Positions 14,837 to 30,968 are shown, counted from the stretch's first letter. The stretch is 64,000 nucleotides of DNA from Eledone cirrhosa (GCA_964016885.1 OZ024745.1:119350001-119414000), one strand, 5' to 3'. Numbers and translations: made by a program. The notes: generated from the letters alone by a model not told the origin.

Positions 14837-15582
14837 GACTGTCAATGTAATATGGTGGTATTTATACATTTTTTAGTGGTAGGAGAGGGTGGTGATTGGG
14901 ATGGGTGGAGGTCATTGGTTGATGGATTTAAAGAAAGGGGATTTTTTTAAAAACTATAATTACAGGGATACACAGGCTGAAAGAAATTCACGCTAAGTAC
15001 CTATCGACAAACATGAACACACTGACAGGCAATCCTAATTTTTAAGGTTCATTTAATTGGTGAGGTCTGCACAAGTGGTAAGGTGCCTACGATCACGCGC
15101 GCACACATACACACACACACACACATACACACACACACACACCTACGCTTAGAAGCGTATTAAATATTTATACTCCGCTATGCATGAATACCTTACTTAC
15201 TGTGGTTACTCCCCGATTGAACCCGGAATAAACATATGTATATATATATATATATATATACATGTATGAACATGTGTTTGTCTCCGTATGTTTAATATTA
15301 TGTTTCTTTATGAGATGTGTTTAGCTGCATATAAAACTGATCAATACAATAAATACATGACTTGAAAAAGATCAATAATGAGGTGGAAATGATCGACTAA
15401 ATTTTTAAAGGTGATTCCCTCAATTTGGCCGCAGTCTGATGACTGATGTAATAAAAGCATAACGAATATATATATATATATACATATGTCTCTATAGGCA
15501 CATACCCACACATGCACACACACACACACGCACACACGCACACACACATACTCACACAACCACACACATATATATATATATA

Positions 15583-15776
15583 CAGGATGGCCCAAAAGTC
15601 ACACAGGCCGAAAATGGCCGCCATTTGAAAGATTTAATTTTTCATACATAATGTAGAGGTGTGACAAGGATAGACGCGTGCAAAATAATTTCGATTATGT
15701 CCGTTAAATTGTATCAAAATTTCATACAGGAAGATAATATAAACTAAATCACCTGTGTTACTTTTTGGCCACCCTG
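15583..15776. mobile_element. Tc1/mariner MITE, TA TSD
   Basis: TA|CAGGATGGCCCAAAAGTCACACAGG ... CCTGTGTTACTTTTTGGCCACCCTG|TA. Confidence 0.85.
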
Positions 15777-15827
<51 letters not shown>

Positions 15828-16551
15828 TTGGATACCATCAGTAAATATCATCTTGGTTAATATCATCGGTAAATATCATCTTGGTTAAGAGAGTGGGACT
15901 GGCTTTGTGCAGTGCCTTTGCTCACTATAAAAGCTTCACGGCACAGGCATTGCTTTATATCTGGAGATCTCTCTGCATTTGTCCTCACATGGTACCATGG
16001 GCCCAGCACTATATGTCAATAATTGTCACAAGTGTAGTGTTTGTACCAGAGTTTTCAAGTCGCTCGCTGGACTAAAAAGTCACACTCGTTCAGCGTATCG
16101 GTAGGGGTTCTCCTACATGGATATAAAGTAGTGGCCGTACTCGAAGACGAGTTGGCAGCCACCATATATATATATATGGAGATATCGAGTGACAAAGAGA
16201 AAGTAAGACGTAGAGAGAAAGAGCAGAAGCAGAAATATGTTGAGAATGTGGTTAGGGGACAATACATTTCCCCCAAATTTTGTCTGACTATTAAGTGACA
16301 ATAAAAAGCTATGTGGATAAGTATCCCTGCTTCAAAATGGGTATTGTTTAACTTGTCTGTCATAAATCATGAATTGACTATGCATAAATATCTCAAGTTT
16401 AAAATTATTTTAAGAATTAATTATACATTTACAGTGTGGCTACCAAACGTAATAAAATATATTTCATAAAATGTAGCAGAGGTGTAAGAAAACTGGAACA
16501 TACACCAAATGCTGACTGTTATGGTAATTAGGGTTGCACTATTACATATAG

Positions 16552-16771
16552 GGTGGTGGATTGGCAGTATCTGTAGAGGGTTGGACGCTATGCTTTGCAG
16601 CATACTTACGGCCCTTTATGATCTGAGTTCAAATCCCGCCGAGGTTAACTTTTCCTCTCATCCTTACGGCGTCGATAAAATAAAGTACCAGTCACGCACT
16701 GGGGTCGATTTAATCGACTTTCCCCTCCCCCGAAATTGGTGGCCTTGTGCCTATATAAGAAACCACTATTA
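16552..16771 (+). mobile_element. SINE family A (long subfamily)
   Basis: Consensus plus the extra GGGGTCGATTTAATCGACTTTCCCCTCCCCCG segment. Confidence 0.9.
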
Positions 16772-16818
16772 TATATATATGTATACCAGTGTGAGCTCTC
16801 TGATTTTCTCTCGCACTG

Positions 16819-18117
<1,299 letters not shown>

Positions 18118-18119
18118 CA

Positions 18120-18151
<32 letters not shown>

Positions 18152-18152
18152 T

Positions 18153-18266
<114 letters not shown>

Positions 18267-18571
18267 TTGTTTGGCACAAAATTGTCTAAAAGGCTAGAAA
18301 ATAAATTCCCAAATACGGGCGCGAAATTTAATGTATTGTTCACGTGACAATGATAATTTCATTTATAACCAATCAAATTACATTTATAAAAAAGTCTTCG
18401 TAAAGTGAAATTCAAAGTCAACCAGATGTGAGAAAAACCACGAACCCTCCATCTCAATTCTACTTTTGAGAAGCAGAAGAATTTGAAACCGGTAAAGGAA
18501 CCAAATAAATATATATTTTAAAAAAAAAGACTCCAGTTGCATTTTCGATTTCATCTTTTTTCCTTAATATA

Positions 18572-18690
<119 letters not shown>

Positions 18691-19020
18691 AATATGGGGA
18701 GAAGAATACTGCATGGTTGCACATGGATGACATGTTATAAAATGAGTCCCTCATCAGTGATTTCCCAACGATCATTGGTATTTCATTGCATTAAAAATCA
18801 TATACCTCACGTTGGTGCAATAATAACTAAAATAAGTCATTGGGACAATTGAAACGCGTAAAGCGAGTGAGACAAGTAAACAACACAGGGGAAAGCTAAC
18901 CGAAGATAGGAAGAAACACAAGCTACATGGTTATTCTATCAGTATAAGCTGGGTGAATATATGAGCGAGTAAGAAATACACCTGCCGCTAGTGAATCCGA
19001 TGTAAGAAAGAAGGAAAATC

Positions 19021-19074
<54 letters not shown>

Positions 19075-19321
19075 AATAGTAAAGTTTGAAAGGTTGTAGA
19101 TGTAGCACTGAGGCGTATATGTTGCTGTTCATTGAATCCTTGATGTATTATAGTAGATACTGACACGTGTTTCGATGTATTACTTAATAGCCACTAAAAT
19201 CTGGATTATTACATAATAGATTATTTCCTATTGACGAGTATTAATTTCTATGATATTTACAAGAAAAAGTTCAAAGATTAATGATTCCAATATATAGAGA
19301 CGCACGCACACACACACACAG

Positions 19322-19399
<78 letters not shown>

Positions 19400-19523
19400 A
19401 TAATAATAAATTTGAAGACTAAAATCCAAAGAAGCCACGATAAGGATAAATATATATCAAATATATAAGAAGCGTAGAGCAAATATTTACAAAAATAATC
19501 TGTTATTTTAATAAATATATATA

Positions 19524-19617
<94 letters not shown>

Positions 19618-19633
19618 CAAATATATATATATG

Positions 19634-19843
<210 letters not shown>

Positions 19844-19855
19844 AATATATATATA

Positions 19856-19935
<80 letters not shown>

Positions 19936-20857
19936 TTAAAACAATGAAATAAAAAATCAAGTCATTAGAGATATACTTCACTGCTTTACGATCGTTTCTA
20001 GGTGATGATAATACATTGTAGCTATACTCCGTTATTGATCTATGTAAGGTTAGTTACAAAATACCAGATAAAGAGAATATTTACTTACATGCATATTTAC
20101 TTACATGCATATCACCAGCTGTTTTCAAAAGCAATACTAATTTTATTCAGAATTAGTAATATGTTAGTATCATGTCCTTATTTGGAGGTAGTTGAAGAAC
20201 TAAGCAACCAAATTGTATTTTTCATATGGTGTTAAGATGAAAAGTAATACACTTTAGTTGAGATCGTGACCCTTTGAAAGGAATGGTTGAATGGTGTTAA
20301 TAGTACAATTGGCATAAAAATCTATTAGGAGGAAAGGGATTGTCAAACTGATAGTTGAATGTTTCTGGTATAGTGAAGTTTAAAAGCAATGTAAAAATAG
20401 ATGGTGATTAGTGTTGTATTGAGTTTTTAGGTGAATATAAATTGCTAGGAAAGATAGTATATTAAAAGATGAAAATTATAATAAGATAATGAAATACAAT
20501 AATGCGGTAATATACAACATAACCAACACAATATAGTACGGTGTGGTAAATTGCACTTAGTATAATACAGCATATGATACGCTCTAAAATACTATCAAGT
20601 ATGTTTATGTATAAATAATCAAACTCAGATAAATATATCTTGGCATAGTTAAAACATAAATTTCATAGATTACAAAGTGCATATATCCACACTATATAGA
20701 GAGAAGTACAGTTATATTGATATCCAACCAAAAATATACATATGCACAAATAGATGCAAACCTAAACACACATTTACATATGTGCACATAATCACATACA
20801 CACATATCCATACATATCTATATCTACACATACACACCTATACCCACATATATATAT

Positions 20858-20890
<33 letters not shown>

Positions 20891-21006
20891 CATATATATA
20901 TGTGTATGTAGACACCTCATACATGTACACACACTCATATATAAACACTCATACACATATACTCACATATACACACACACGAATACACATATATATATAC
21001 ACACAT

Positions 21007-21088
<82 letters not shown>

Positions 21089-21093
21089 TGTGT

Positions 21094-21197
<104 letters not shown>

Positions 21198-21399
21198 TAG
21201 GTCATAGGAAATCGTTTTGGTATTTTATGTGAGTTCAGCAAACGATTATTTGCAATTATATATAATGGAAAATCGTGAAGCTTTAATCAAAGATGAATTT
21301 GACTACATTAACCCCTTTAGAGGCAAAATCAATGAAATATAAGGCCTTTTTAAAATACATAAAAAGAAATGCATAAAGTTTGAGTATCTCTGTAAGCAA

Positions 21400-22847
21400 A
21401 TATATCGACTTAGACGATTTGGAACTTAGACCAATTATATGTGGCCTTGCATGTGAAGCACATAGTCTGAGCAACCGTCTAGACATTCTAGTAACGCCTT
21501 TTTAAAAGCATGTTCACAGTTAAATACGAAAGGATCTGGACAGACTTAATTACCAGTTTAAACACTAATTCAAAATACAACCATTGTTCTCTGTGACGTA
21601 AATTTATACACAAATATTCCCATGGTCATTGCACAATTACAATTACATATTGGTATGATACATATGAATTTGAATTCCCGGTTTACATAAAGGGAGATTT
21701 CATTATTGATAGATTGGGTCGTGGCAGTATCGATAGAGAATCGGACGCCATATTTTCCAGCATAGAGTTACGCCCCTTTATGATCTGAGTTCAAATCCTG
21801 CCGAGGTTAACTTTGCCTTTCATCCTTACGGGGTCGATAAAATAAAGTACCAGTAATGCATCGGGATAATTGCTGGCCTTGTGCCAAAAGTCGAAACAAT
21901 TATTGATAGATTCAGATTCGTATTAAAAGATAACTATAGCATGTTCGATGAATCCCTGTATCCTCAAATATAAGAAACTGCAATGGGTATAAAAACAGTC
22001 CCCACACATGTCAATTTAATAAAGGAATACCCCGAGAAAAATGTTTGCAATCAATGACTATTAGAAAACCCATTCCATATATTTAAACACAACTGGGTGG
22101 TTGTTTTATTTTGCTGCAGGAAAACCTTGACAAACCTAAGAGAATTCAAAAATCTGATTAATGAGATTCAATTCACGTTGCAGCTTATCCACAAGGAACT
22201 ACCTTTTGGGGATATCCCAATTCTAAAAAAATACGAGAAAATAAAAATGGACACTCTTCACATAGAGTTATCGTAAGCTTAGAAATACGAATATTCCTTT
22301 TAAGCTAGGAATCCAATTAACGGGATCAAAGAGCCTTTCCACTTAGTCTCTAATGGAATAGAAAGGCCAAACATAGATATTCAAGATCTAAGGAAAATGA
22401 AATATAAAACCAAGAAAAAGGTGTTACGATATGTACCCACTTTTAAACCCAGAAACCTAACTTTTATATGTAAAGATTAAAAGATGAAAACATTCTAGAA
22501 AACTAGTAAATCATCAAACGTAAACGACATCACAGAGCATTAGAACATATTACTGAAACAGAAATACATTTACAAATTCCTAGCCAAGATCAAGTTGAGG
22601 TGTCTCTTTATTTAAAGATGGATTAAACTTTAGAATATAAGAAAAGTTTCCCTGTAACTATGAGAACCTAATCTATGTGATAATGGGGATGCTTCGAAAA
22701 CTACACCAGGCGCACGAGAATATCTTTACATAAGCATACAAAGTAATGACACTGAAGAGTCAAAGATGCTAAAAACTATGAATCAAATATAGAAATATTT
22801 ATATCTCTATGCATACCTTTGGAGTTTAATGGCATTTTACCCATATT

Positions 22848-22850
<3 letters not shown>
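21400..22850 (+). pseudogene. Heavily decayed Penelope-type RT/GIY-YIG element
   Basis: Broken frames give DV.LYTNIP (~21595), TAMGIKTVPTHVNL (~21975), IQFT..ELPF.DI (~22170-22220) and CNYENLIYVI (~22650). Confidence 0.65.
21716..21900 (+). mobile_element. SINE family A inserted in the Penelope RT, 14-bp TSD
   Basis: ATTATTGATAGATT at 21702-21715 and 21899-21912. Confidence 0.9.
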
Positions 22851-22877
<27 letters not shown>

Positions 22878-22878
<1 letters not shown>

Positions 22879-23155
22879 GTTTTTCGAGGTTTTTGATATG
22901 AAATTGTGTGTCGAATCAAATATTGTTATACTTGGGGAGGGTCATATTTGTGTAATAATATTGCCAGAATTATTAACAGAACACACTCACAGTGTGTCGA
23001 AACAAATATTGTTATACTTGGGGAGGGTCATATTTGTGTAATAATATTGCTAGAATTATTGCCAGAATTAATAACAGAACACACTCACAGTGAGTGTGTT
23101 ATGTTATTAATTCTGGCAATATTATTACACAAATATGACCCTCCCCAAGTATAAC
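22878..23155. repeat. Tandem ~85-bp duplication ending in a hairpin (centre CTCACAGTGAG at ~23089), between (TA)n
   Basis: Same family as 3335-3878. 23010-23088 is mirrored by 23090-23155. Confidence 0.85.
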
Positions 23156-23319
23156 ATATATATATATATTCTTATTTTATATATATATATATATATAAAG
23201 AATATACTAAAATGACACTATTTCAGTCATATTGCACCTAAAATAGTTAAAATAGGCTAAAAGGCATAATTTGCTAAAATAGGCTAAAAGGAATAATTTG
23301 TAGAACTTTATTTTTTCCA

Positions 23320-25760
23320 AAACTGCAAAGATCTGCCAAGATGTTTTGATGTTGGTGAAAATGAGTGCGTGTGCCAAAGACCAGTCAACATGTGATAGTT
23401 CGGTCATAATTGCATCCCAGTTGTCATTAGGGAGATCCTTGTTATCAAATGGGTGGGCTGGAAAGAGGTCCCTAGGATTAGCTTTCGGCTGGTGGAATCT
23501 CTGAGAGAAGGGTTTTGTCCACTGTAATATTATGGATAGTGTTAGTGTGGTTACTAAACACCAGATCCAGAATGTACTTCTGATGCCTTGCTGGTGCAAG
23601 GACAATTTGCGACAAGAAAAACTCATTCATGAAGTCAAGAAGTGACTCGACTGCTTCTTTCTCAGTGGTTGAGGTTGCGGTGCCTGGTTTCAAACTGTTT
23701 GTAGACCAATCAACACAGGGTAGATTAAAGTCTCCCATCAAAAGTATGTTGCTAGAATGGCACTGTTTAATAAAACATTTAATACTGTTGAGGCATTGTT
23801 TGAAGCAGATTATGGGCGTTTGTGGTGGCCTATAGAGCCCAACTAATGTCAGGTCATTGGTTTTATTGTGCAGAGTGACTGATTCACAGTAGCCATTGGA
23901 GAATGTTGTGTTACGATCTGCTGTAAAGGAATCACGCAGGAAAATGGCTGTTCCACCCTTCCTTTCGCCAACACGATCCGCACGGATGGTTGTGAAATTC
24001 CTCACTCTTACTTCGGCCTCCAAGTGGGAGTTGTCAAGGTGGGTCTCAGTAAGAATGAAGAATGGGATGTGAAATGGATGGTTACCAACCCAATCCTCAA
24101 TGAATTGGATCTTCCTTGTCTGTGCATTGATGGATGGGCTGATACCTTGTGTATTGTGGAGGCTAGTGTGATGGCTGGTTTTGACTGTTGCAGGGGGCTT
24201 GTTTTGAGATTGTGTATTAGTGACAGCAAGGATGGTGTTGGGTGACGGCTAAAATGTTTTTTTGTATCTCTTTTGCCAGGTTCATGGCTATAAAAGAAAA
24301 ATGTTCTTGTTCAGGGAGCAGTTTTAGATTTGATTTGTGGTTACACCATTGGATAGGGTTGTACTTCCCTCTTTTGTTGTTGTTGTTGTATTTGTTGCAA
24401 TTGTGTCTTTGTGAAAAGACTGGAGCAGCATTGCTTTTGTTATTTTTGCTGTTGTAATTGTTGTAATCGTGTCTTTGTGAGAAGACTGGAGCAGCATTAC
24501 TGCAGCAGAGGGTTGCTTTATTGTGGTTTGTGTGTTGGCATGGAGCCCCTTTTCTGTTCGCGCGTTGTGTCCCAGGAAGATGAGTGAAGGGACAGTCAGT
24601 CAGCAGACATAGCCTCTCACGTTGGGAATGTTGTCAGATTTTAGGACTCCGACTTATGCGTGTGGGCAGCGTGCTTTGGTGTTCGCTGGCAGTGTTAGTG
24701 CCCCCTAGTACCCGGTAAATGGGTAAATATGCAGTCGCTACGTGTGCATAGCCTCTGACGTAGTGAATAGCGGCATATTTTGGGGTTTCTAGTTTGTGTA
24801 GTGGAGGGTATATACAGCTCCAATGATTTTTTTAAACAGTTCTTTTGACAACAGCATGACTTTGGTGGTGATGTAGTGGAAGAAATCAGTGGTGGTGACG
24901 ATGATGATGACGACAACTGTGGTGGAGGCTGTGAGAGTAGTGGGAGAGAAAGCAGTGGTCCATTACTAGCAGTTGATGTGGCAGAAGATGGTGACGGTGG
25001 TGATGGTGATGGCGATAATGATGGCTGAGTGAGTGGTTGAGGGATAGTGTCATTCAGTAACTGAGCTATTATGCTTGAATTCAGTAGTGGGGCCGGTAGT
25101 GGTGGCTCCTGATATTTTGGCTGTTGTTGTTGTTGTGGCTGTTGTTATTATTGTTGCTGTGTTTGTCCATTGGAGTAAATATGTCGAAGTTTTTCAAAAT
25201 GGTTTTGAATTAGTTTGAAAGAGACTTCTACATGTTTTAGTTTGTTGTGTATCTGCTTAACAGACCTCGTGGTCAATGTTTCAGCTGTTTTTTCAGCAAT
25301 CTCATTCAGACACGACGCGTTAATGTTTATTGTTTAGGACAGAGAAAACCATGTGTTTATTAAGAGATCAATTTCGTCTGTTGTGGGTTTGCTGGTCAGT
25401 AGTCATATTTTCCTTTCTCCTCTGTGTGCATTTTTAGATATTTGATATTTGATATTTGATACGTGAGTGAGACTTCAGTTATTTGAAGAAATTAAAGAAT
25501 CGTGTATATATATATATATTCTCTGTTATGGATATTAATAGTTTTTGGTTATTTGGTTGTTTGAAGATACTAAGAGAAAAAAGAGTGTATAGAATAATCT
25601 GTAATTAAGAAAACGTACTTACGAGTTGGTAGGAAAAGCACGTGGTTACAAATATATATAAATATATATATTTACGGCCAGATAAGATTTAAAGCTGTTT
25701 AGCTAGCTACTGACTTGGTAGAGAGCAATAGAAACACGTCTGTTTCACTTCAACTGTCCA
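23320..25760 (-). pseudogene. CR1/L2-like LINE 5' half: 5'UTR, ORF1 with tandem CCCH fingers, APE endonuclease
   Basis: ORF 23478-24023 has RADR..RKGGTAIFLR, GLYRPP and LLMGDFNLPCVDW; LDLVFSN follows in the next frame. ORF1 has ICRYSLRQRLCTRSDCIFTHLPG. Confidence 0.85.
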
Positions 25761-25772
25761 CTTACATATATA

Positions 25773-25953
25773 AATAATTGTTTCTACTTTTGGCACAAGG
25801 CCAGCTATTAACCAGTGCATTACTGGTACTTTATTTTATAGACCCCGTAAGGATGAAAGGCAAAGTCAATCTCGGCGAGATTTGAACTCAGATCGTAAAG
25901 GGACGTAACTATGCTGGAAAGCATGGTGTCCGACCCTCTACCGATACTGCCAA
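25773..25953 (-). mobile_element. SINE family A (short subfamily)
   Basis: Match to the SINE consensus. Confidence 0.9.
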
Positions 25954-26007
25954 TAATGAAAAAAATATATATATATATATATAAATATATATATATACTA
26001 GCAGTGG

Positions 26008-26056
<49 letters not shown>

Positions 26057-26079
26057 TTATATATATCTAAATATATATA

Positions 26080-26689
26080 CTAGCAGAGGTACCCGGCGTT
26101 GCACGGGATAAGGTATTTTCAACGCGGGCCGCCAACAAATCTAATCGTGGAAAAACTGCATGCCTGGACAATATGTAAAGAAAATAAACCGAATACTCTG
26201 GTGGCTGCATAAGGTTTTCCTCGATGAAGCAGGAAAAATGCCGGTTTTCACCTAATGCTGGCCCTAGGGGATCAAGAAAATTAATTTTTCTTATGTGCAT
26301 AATATACCTTGAATTTTCGGGAAAATCGGCTAGACGTAACGCCTCCAAAAAGCCCTAACAAGCTGAAAAAATGAAATGTTTCACCTAATGCGGGCCCTAG
26401 GCCATAAAAAAGTTGCATTTTCTTTGCTCACAGTATGAAGAAGAGACTGGTTAATACATAGTTGCAATTTCAACGAAATCGGTCTGACGTAACGTCTCAA
26501 AAAACCCCTAAAATGCTTAACAAACACAGTTTTTTCACCTAATGTGGGCCCTAGGAGATCAAAAAGTTGAATTTTTTAATAACACCCCTTAAACATATGT
26601 AATACACATGTGAAGTTTGAAAAATATCGGTTAGGTACTTCTCGAGTTTTAGGGATTCAAACTCACACTTACACACACACACACACACA

Positions 26690-26751
<62 letters not shown>

Positions 26752-27056
26752 CAGAAAGACATCCTCAGGAAAGTGACGTAATGCAGACAGACAGACATAC
26801 AGACAGATATTATAAGGGCGCGACGTTATATGTATGTATCTAAAAAGAGAAAGACTAAGAATTATAGAGAGAGATCACTAAATCGCCTAATGCGGTCCCT
26901 AGGACATTGACAATTTGAAATCTTCTTTGCTCACAACACTCCCTGAAACATAAGTATTACATGTGTAAAGGTTGAAAAGAGTCGGTTGGGTGTTTCTCGA
27001 GTTTTAAGGATTCAAACTCACACACAGGCAGACATCCTCAGTTTTATATATATAGA
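26080..27056 (-). mobile_element. Non-autonomous Helitron
   Basis: Minus strand begins A|TCTATATATATAAAA and ends with a CCCGTGCAACGCCGGG hairpin then CTAG|T, with no TSD. Internal subrepeats TCACCTAATGCGGGCCCTAGG at ~26247, 26381, 26535 and 26884. Confidence 0.8.
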
Positions 27057-27126
27057 TATATATAAATAAATAAATATATATAAATACATAAATAAATAAA
27101 TAAATAAATAATAAATAAATAAATAA

Positions 27127-27156
<30 letters not shown>

Positions 27157-27161
<5 letters not shown>

Positions 27162-27330
27162 AGCCAGTAAGACCCCGACGGTTGAGCTCAAGCCGTTTCG
27201 ACGGCTAATTCGTAACGGCTTGAGCTCAGCCGTCGGGGTCTTACTGGTTCCTATTACCCACTCTACTACCCTAAGTATTGAGTACTTTGGTGCGTTAGGG
27301 TCCACCTGGTTCCTTACCACATTTCCTTCG

Positions 27331-27332
<2 letters not shown>
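27157..27332 (+). mobile_element. Family H copy 3
   Basis: Hairpin plus tail; (TA)n on both sides. Confidence 0.85.
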
Positions 27333-27396
<64 letters not shown>

Positions 27397-27832
27397 CGAG
27401 AGAGAAATCTATAGATATATATTCCTGCACGTGTTTCAAGGATTGTATTAATTTACCTTTATAAAATCCTTTATTTTTCAGTTATTTTGTATCTCGTTCA
27501 TTTGAAGAATGATATTCTTAAATATTGATATTGAAAGGAAAGAATAATTCCCGCTCAGCTTCTCCGGATAATATTTCTTAATTGCTTACCTCTATTCTAA
27601 CTCGTCAATATTGTTTTCAATAAAATGCTCTTAATGCTATTAACATATAAATATTTTTAACTAGCCGTCTTTAATCCAACTAGCAGGAGTGAAATGTTTT
27701 TGCTGATTGATCGTGTCAACACATAAAAAAGTTACCCCTCTCTGAAGATGAAAAATACCGGTAATATACCGATGCCAATTATATCAGCTAACTCACCAAA
27801 AACTTGTCTAAATGCTATACAAGCTCATAATC

Positions 27833-28457
27833 GTGGATTAGCAGTATTGGCAGAGGGTCGGACGCCATATTTGTAGCATAGAGTTATGTCCTTTTATGAT
27901 CTGAGTCCAAATCACACTGAGGTTCACTTTGCCTTTCATCCTTACGGGGTCGATAAAATAAAGTACCAGTAATGTACTGATATAATTGCTGGCCTTGTGC
28001 TAAAAATAAAACAATTATTCTTTCGGATTGGCAGGATCGATAGAGGATTGGATGACATGCTTTGCAACATAGAGTTACGGCTCTTTACGATATGAGTTCA
28101 GATCACGCCGAGGTTAACTTTGCCTTTCACCCTTACGGGGCGATAAAATAAAGTAGCAGTAATGTACTGCGGTAATTGCTGGCCTTGAGCCAATATTAGA
28201 AACAATTATTCCTTCATCATTGGATGAAAATGTGGAGGATATGTAGCCTCGAGAGAGCGTTGGATAACATTCTTCGCAGCATCATAGAGTTACGGCCTTT
28301 TACATTCTGAGTTCAAATCCCGCCGAAGTTAGCTTTGCCTTTCATCCTTACGGGGTAAATGATAAAATAAAGCACCAGTAATGCACTGGAGTCGATTTAA
28401 TCGATTTTTCCCTCCCCCAAAATGACTGTCCTTGTGCCTAAAGTAGAAATCCTTATT
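27833..28457 (+). mobile_element. Three tandem SINE family A copies (27833-28018, 28024-28210, 28235-28457)
   Basis: Three head-to-tail consensus matches, each ending AGAAAC/AAAAC-AATTATT or a similar tail. Confidence 0.88.
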
Positions 28458-29788
28458 CTTTAACCTGTCCCAGTTCAAACCTAATCAGCCAAATTCATAA
28501 TTAAAGGTACTGAATCCGTGACCATACCGTCGTTAATTTTAAAATATTTAAGACTTCATCAATTAAAATATCTTTCTATTCTTAAGAACAGTAGAGTGTG
28601 TGATTTATGCAAGCTAGAATGGATAGGTAGTGACCACCACATTTAATTGTTACTTGTAATAGCTGTGGTATTAATATCTATGTTAATATTGCTGGTAATA
28701 TTTAATATATGTAAAATTATATAATAAAGAATATAGACAGAAGTATGGAAATAAAAAAGAAAAAGAACACGTTTCAAAAGCTGTTGATGGCTTTGGAATA
28801 TATGTGACTGACAATTAGATCGATCTGAAATTACTTAAAAAAAATCTCTTCCCTTTGTCCAACGTTAAAATCTTTTTTTTCTTGTGCAGTGTGTTATATT
28901 TGAATAGCTGTGCTGTGCTGTTCTGAGTGTATATGTGCATACTGCACATGTGTGAGTGATTCAGAAAAAAATAAATTGGCAACGTTCATTCACCAACAAT
29001 TCTCAAGCTGTAAGTTTTAACATCTGTAGTTAGCGTTGTTGCACCATCGGCTAGCTTACTTTTTCATTATTTAGTTGTTGTTTTTTTTAACACAGTGATG
29101 TGCGTTCAACTAAATCTTTTCCATTAGTTGATTACTCTGAAACCTTTTCAACTGCTGGAGCTTTTCAAATGAAAAGGGACAAAGAAGATTGTATTTCTGT
29201 GAATAATTCGTTCACACAGTGAACCATGCTTTTGTGTCGTGAGAAGAAATAGCTAACACAAATTTATTTCTAACACTTATACACACACAGAAACACTTGC
29301 ATACAAATATATGTATATATGTAAGTGTGTGTGTTGGTGCGTATGTGTGTGTGTAGGTGTAATATTTTATAAGATCGGATACCCATATACTTAATTTATC
29401 CATTATTGACCATATAGTTCATCTCCTGTGTCTATTATGTTAACTTTTACTTGATTTGGAACTTTATTGCGGATATATTTTCTCCGATGCTATTTTGATG
29501 AACAGAAGTTGAGGTTCGCAAGGGAACCTTAATCTTTCTTTCTTTGTTACTATTTTCACAGCCTTAACCGAATGCATGAAACCTATATATTCCAACGTAC
29601 ACAATGTCAAAGCAATATTATAATGCCTTATCTATAGAAGATACCACTATTTCTGTTTAGACTCCTATGTGGCCGTTTTGTACAATTTTAATAATATTAA
29701 TATTACAATGAAATATAACGGAAAACATGGAATTTATCAAAAGTGAAAACGGAATTATTGATATATCCGCTTATATTTTATATTTACT

Positions 29789-30129
29789 CACATATCCCAG
29801 TACTGTCATATGCGGAGTAATTTCCCACTAGTGTCATATGCGGAGTAATGCCCCACTACTATCATATACGGAGTAATATCCCACTTACTGTCGTAAACGG
29901 AGTAATATCCCATTTACTGTCGTAAACAGAGTAATATCCCACTTACTGTCGTAAACAGAGTAATATCCCACTTACTGTCGTAAACGGAGTAATATCCCAT
30001 TTACTGTCGTAAACGGAGTAATATCTCACTATTGTCATATACGGAGTAATATCTCACTATTGTCATATACGGAGTAATATCTCACTATTGTCATATACGG
30101 AGTAATATCTCACTATTGTCATATACGGA
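29789..30129. repeat. Minisatellite, 30-31-bp unit, about 11 copies
   Basis: Unit (C/T)TACTGTC(G/A)TA(A/T)ACGGAGTAATATC(C/T)CA, with variants clustered in blocks. Confidence 0.95.
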
Positions 30130-30583
30130 TTCATTTTAATGGGAAAACTAACAATAGATATCAGCTCTATTACAGATTAGCTTTATAACCAGTGGGATCA
30201 CTCCGTCTAACCTACCTTACCTTTGGAACGCTGTGTCATACCCTCAGAACGTAATGACTTTTTTATTCCTTGGGTTTGAGACGCCTGCTTTAGATGGATA
30301 TGTACTTGCTAGAAATTACAGTCATATTGGTTAGTTTACTATATAAATGGCAATTTCTGTCTGTCTGTCTGTGTAACCAATTGTCGTCTAATCCAGTGAT
30401 CCGATCCTGCTGAAACTTTACACAGATGAGAGAGAGGAGATAAGAGAGAAAGAGAAGGGATGAGAGAGAGTATATGAGAGAGAGAGAGAGAGAGAGAGGG
30501 TGAGAGAGAGAGGGTGAGAGAGAGGGGGTGAGAGAGAGAGAGGGTGGGATAGAGAGAGATAGAGAGAGAGAGAGTCATATATG

Positions 30584-30968
30584 TGGATTCGCATTATCGG
30601 TAGAGGATCGGACGCCATGCTTTGCAGCATATAGTTATGGCCCTTTACAGTCTGAGTTCATATCCTGCTGAGGTTAACTTTGCCTTTCATCCTTACGGGG
30701 TCGATAAAATAAAGTACCAGTAATACACTGGGGTAATTACTGGCCTTGTGCCAAAAGTAGAAACAATCATATACGGTTGTCTCTGCAGCTTGTATTGGCG
30801 TACAATGTTGACAATGACACTTGACAGTGTAAGGTCAATCTCCAGACATGAACATCAAGCATATAATTTATTTTTCCATTTTCCAATAAAGCACCAGATA
30901 CGTACTGGGGTCGATTTAATAGACTTTCCCCTCCCCCCAAATTGTGCCTATAATAGAAATCAGTATTT
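30584..30968 (+). mobile_element. SINE family A (30584-30770) and a 3' fragment (30885-30968)
   Basis: Match to the SINE consensus. Confidence 0.85.
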
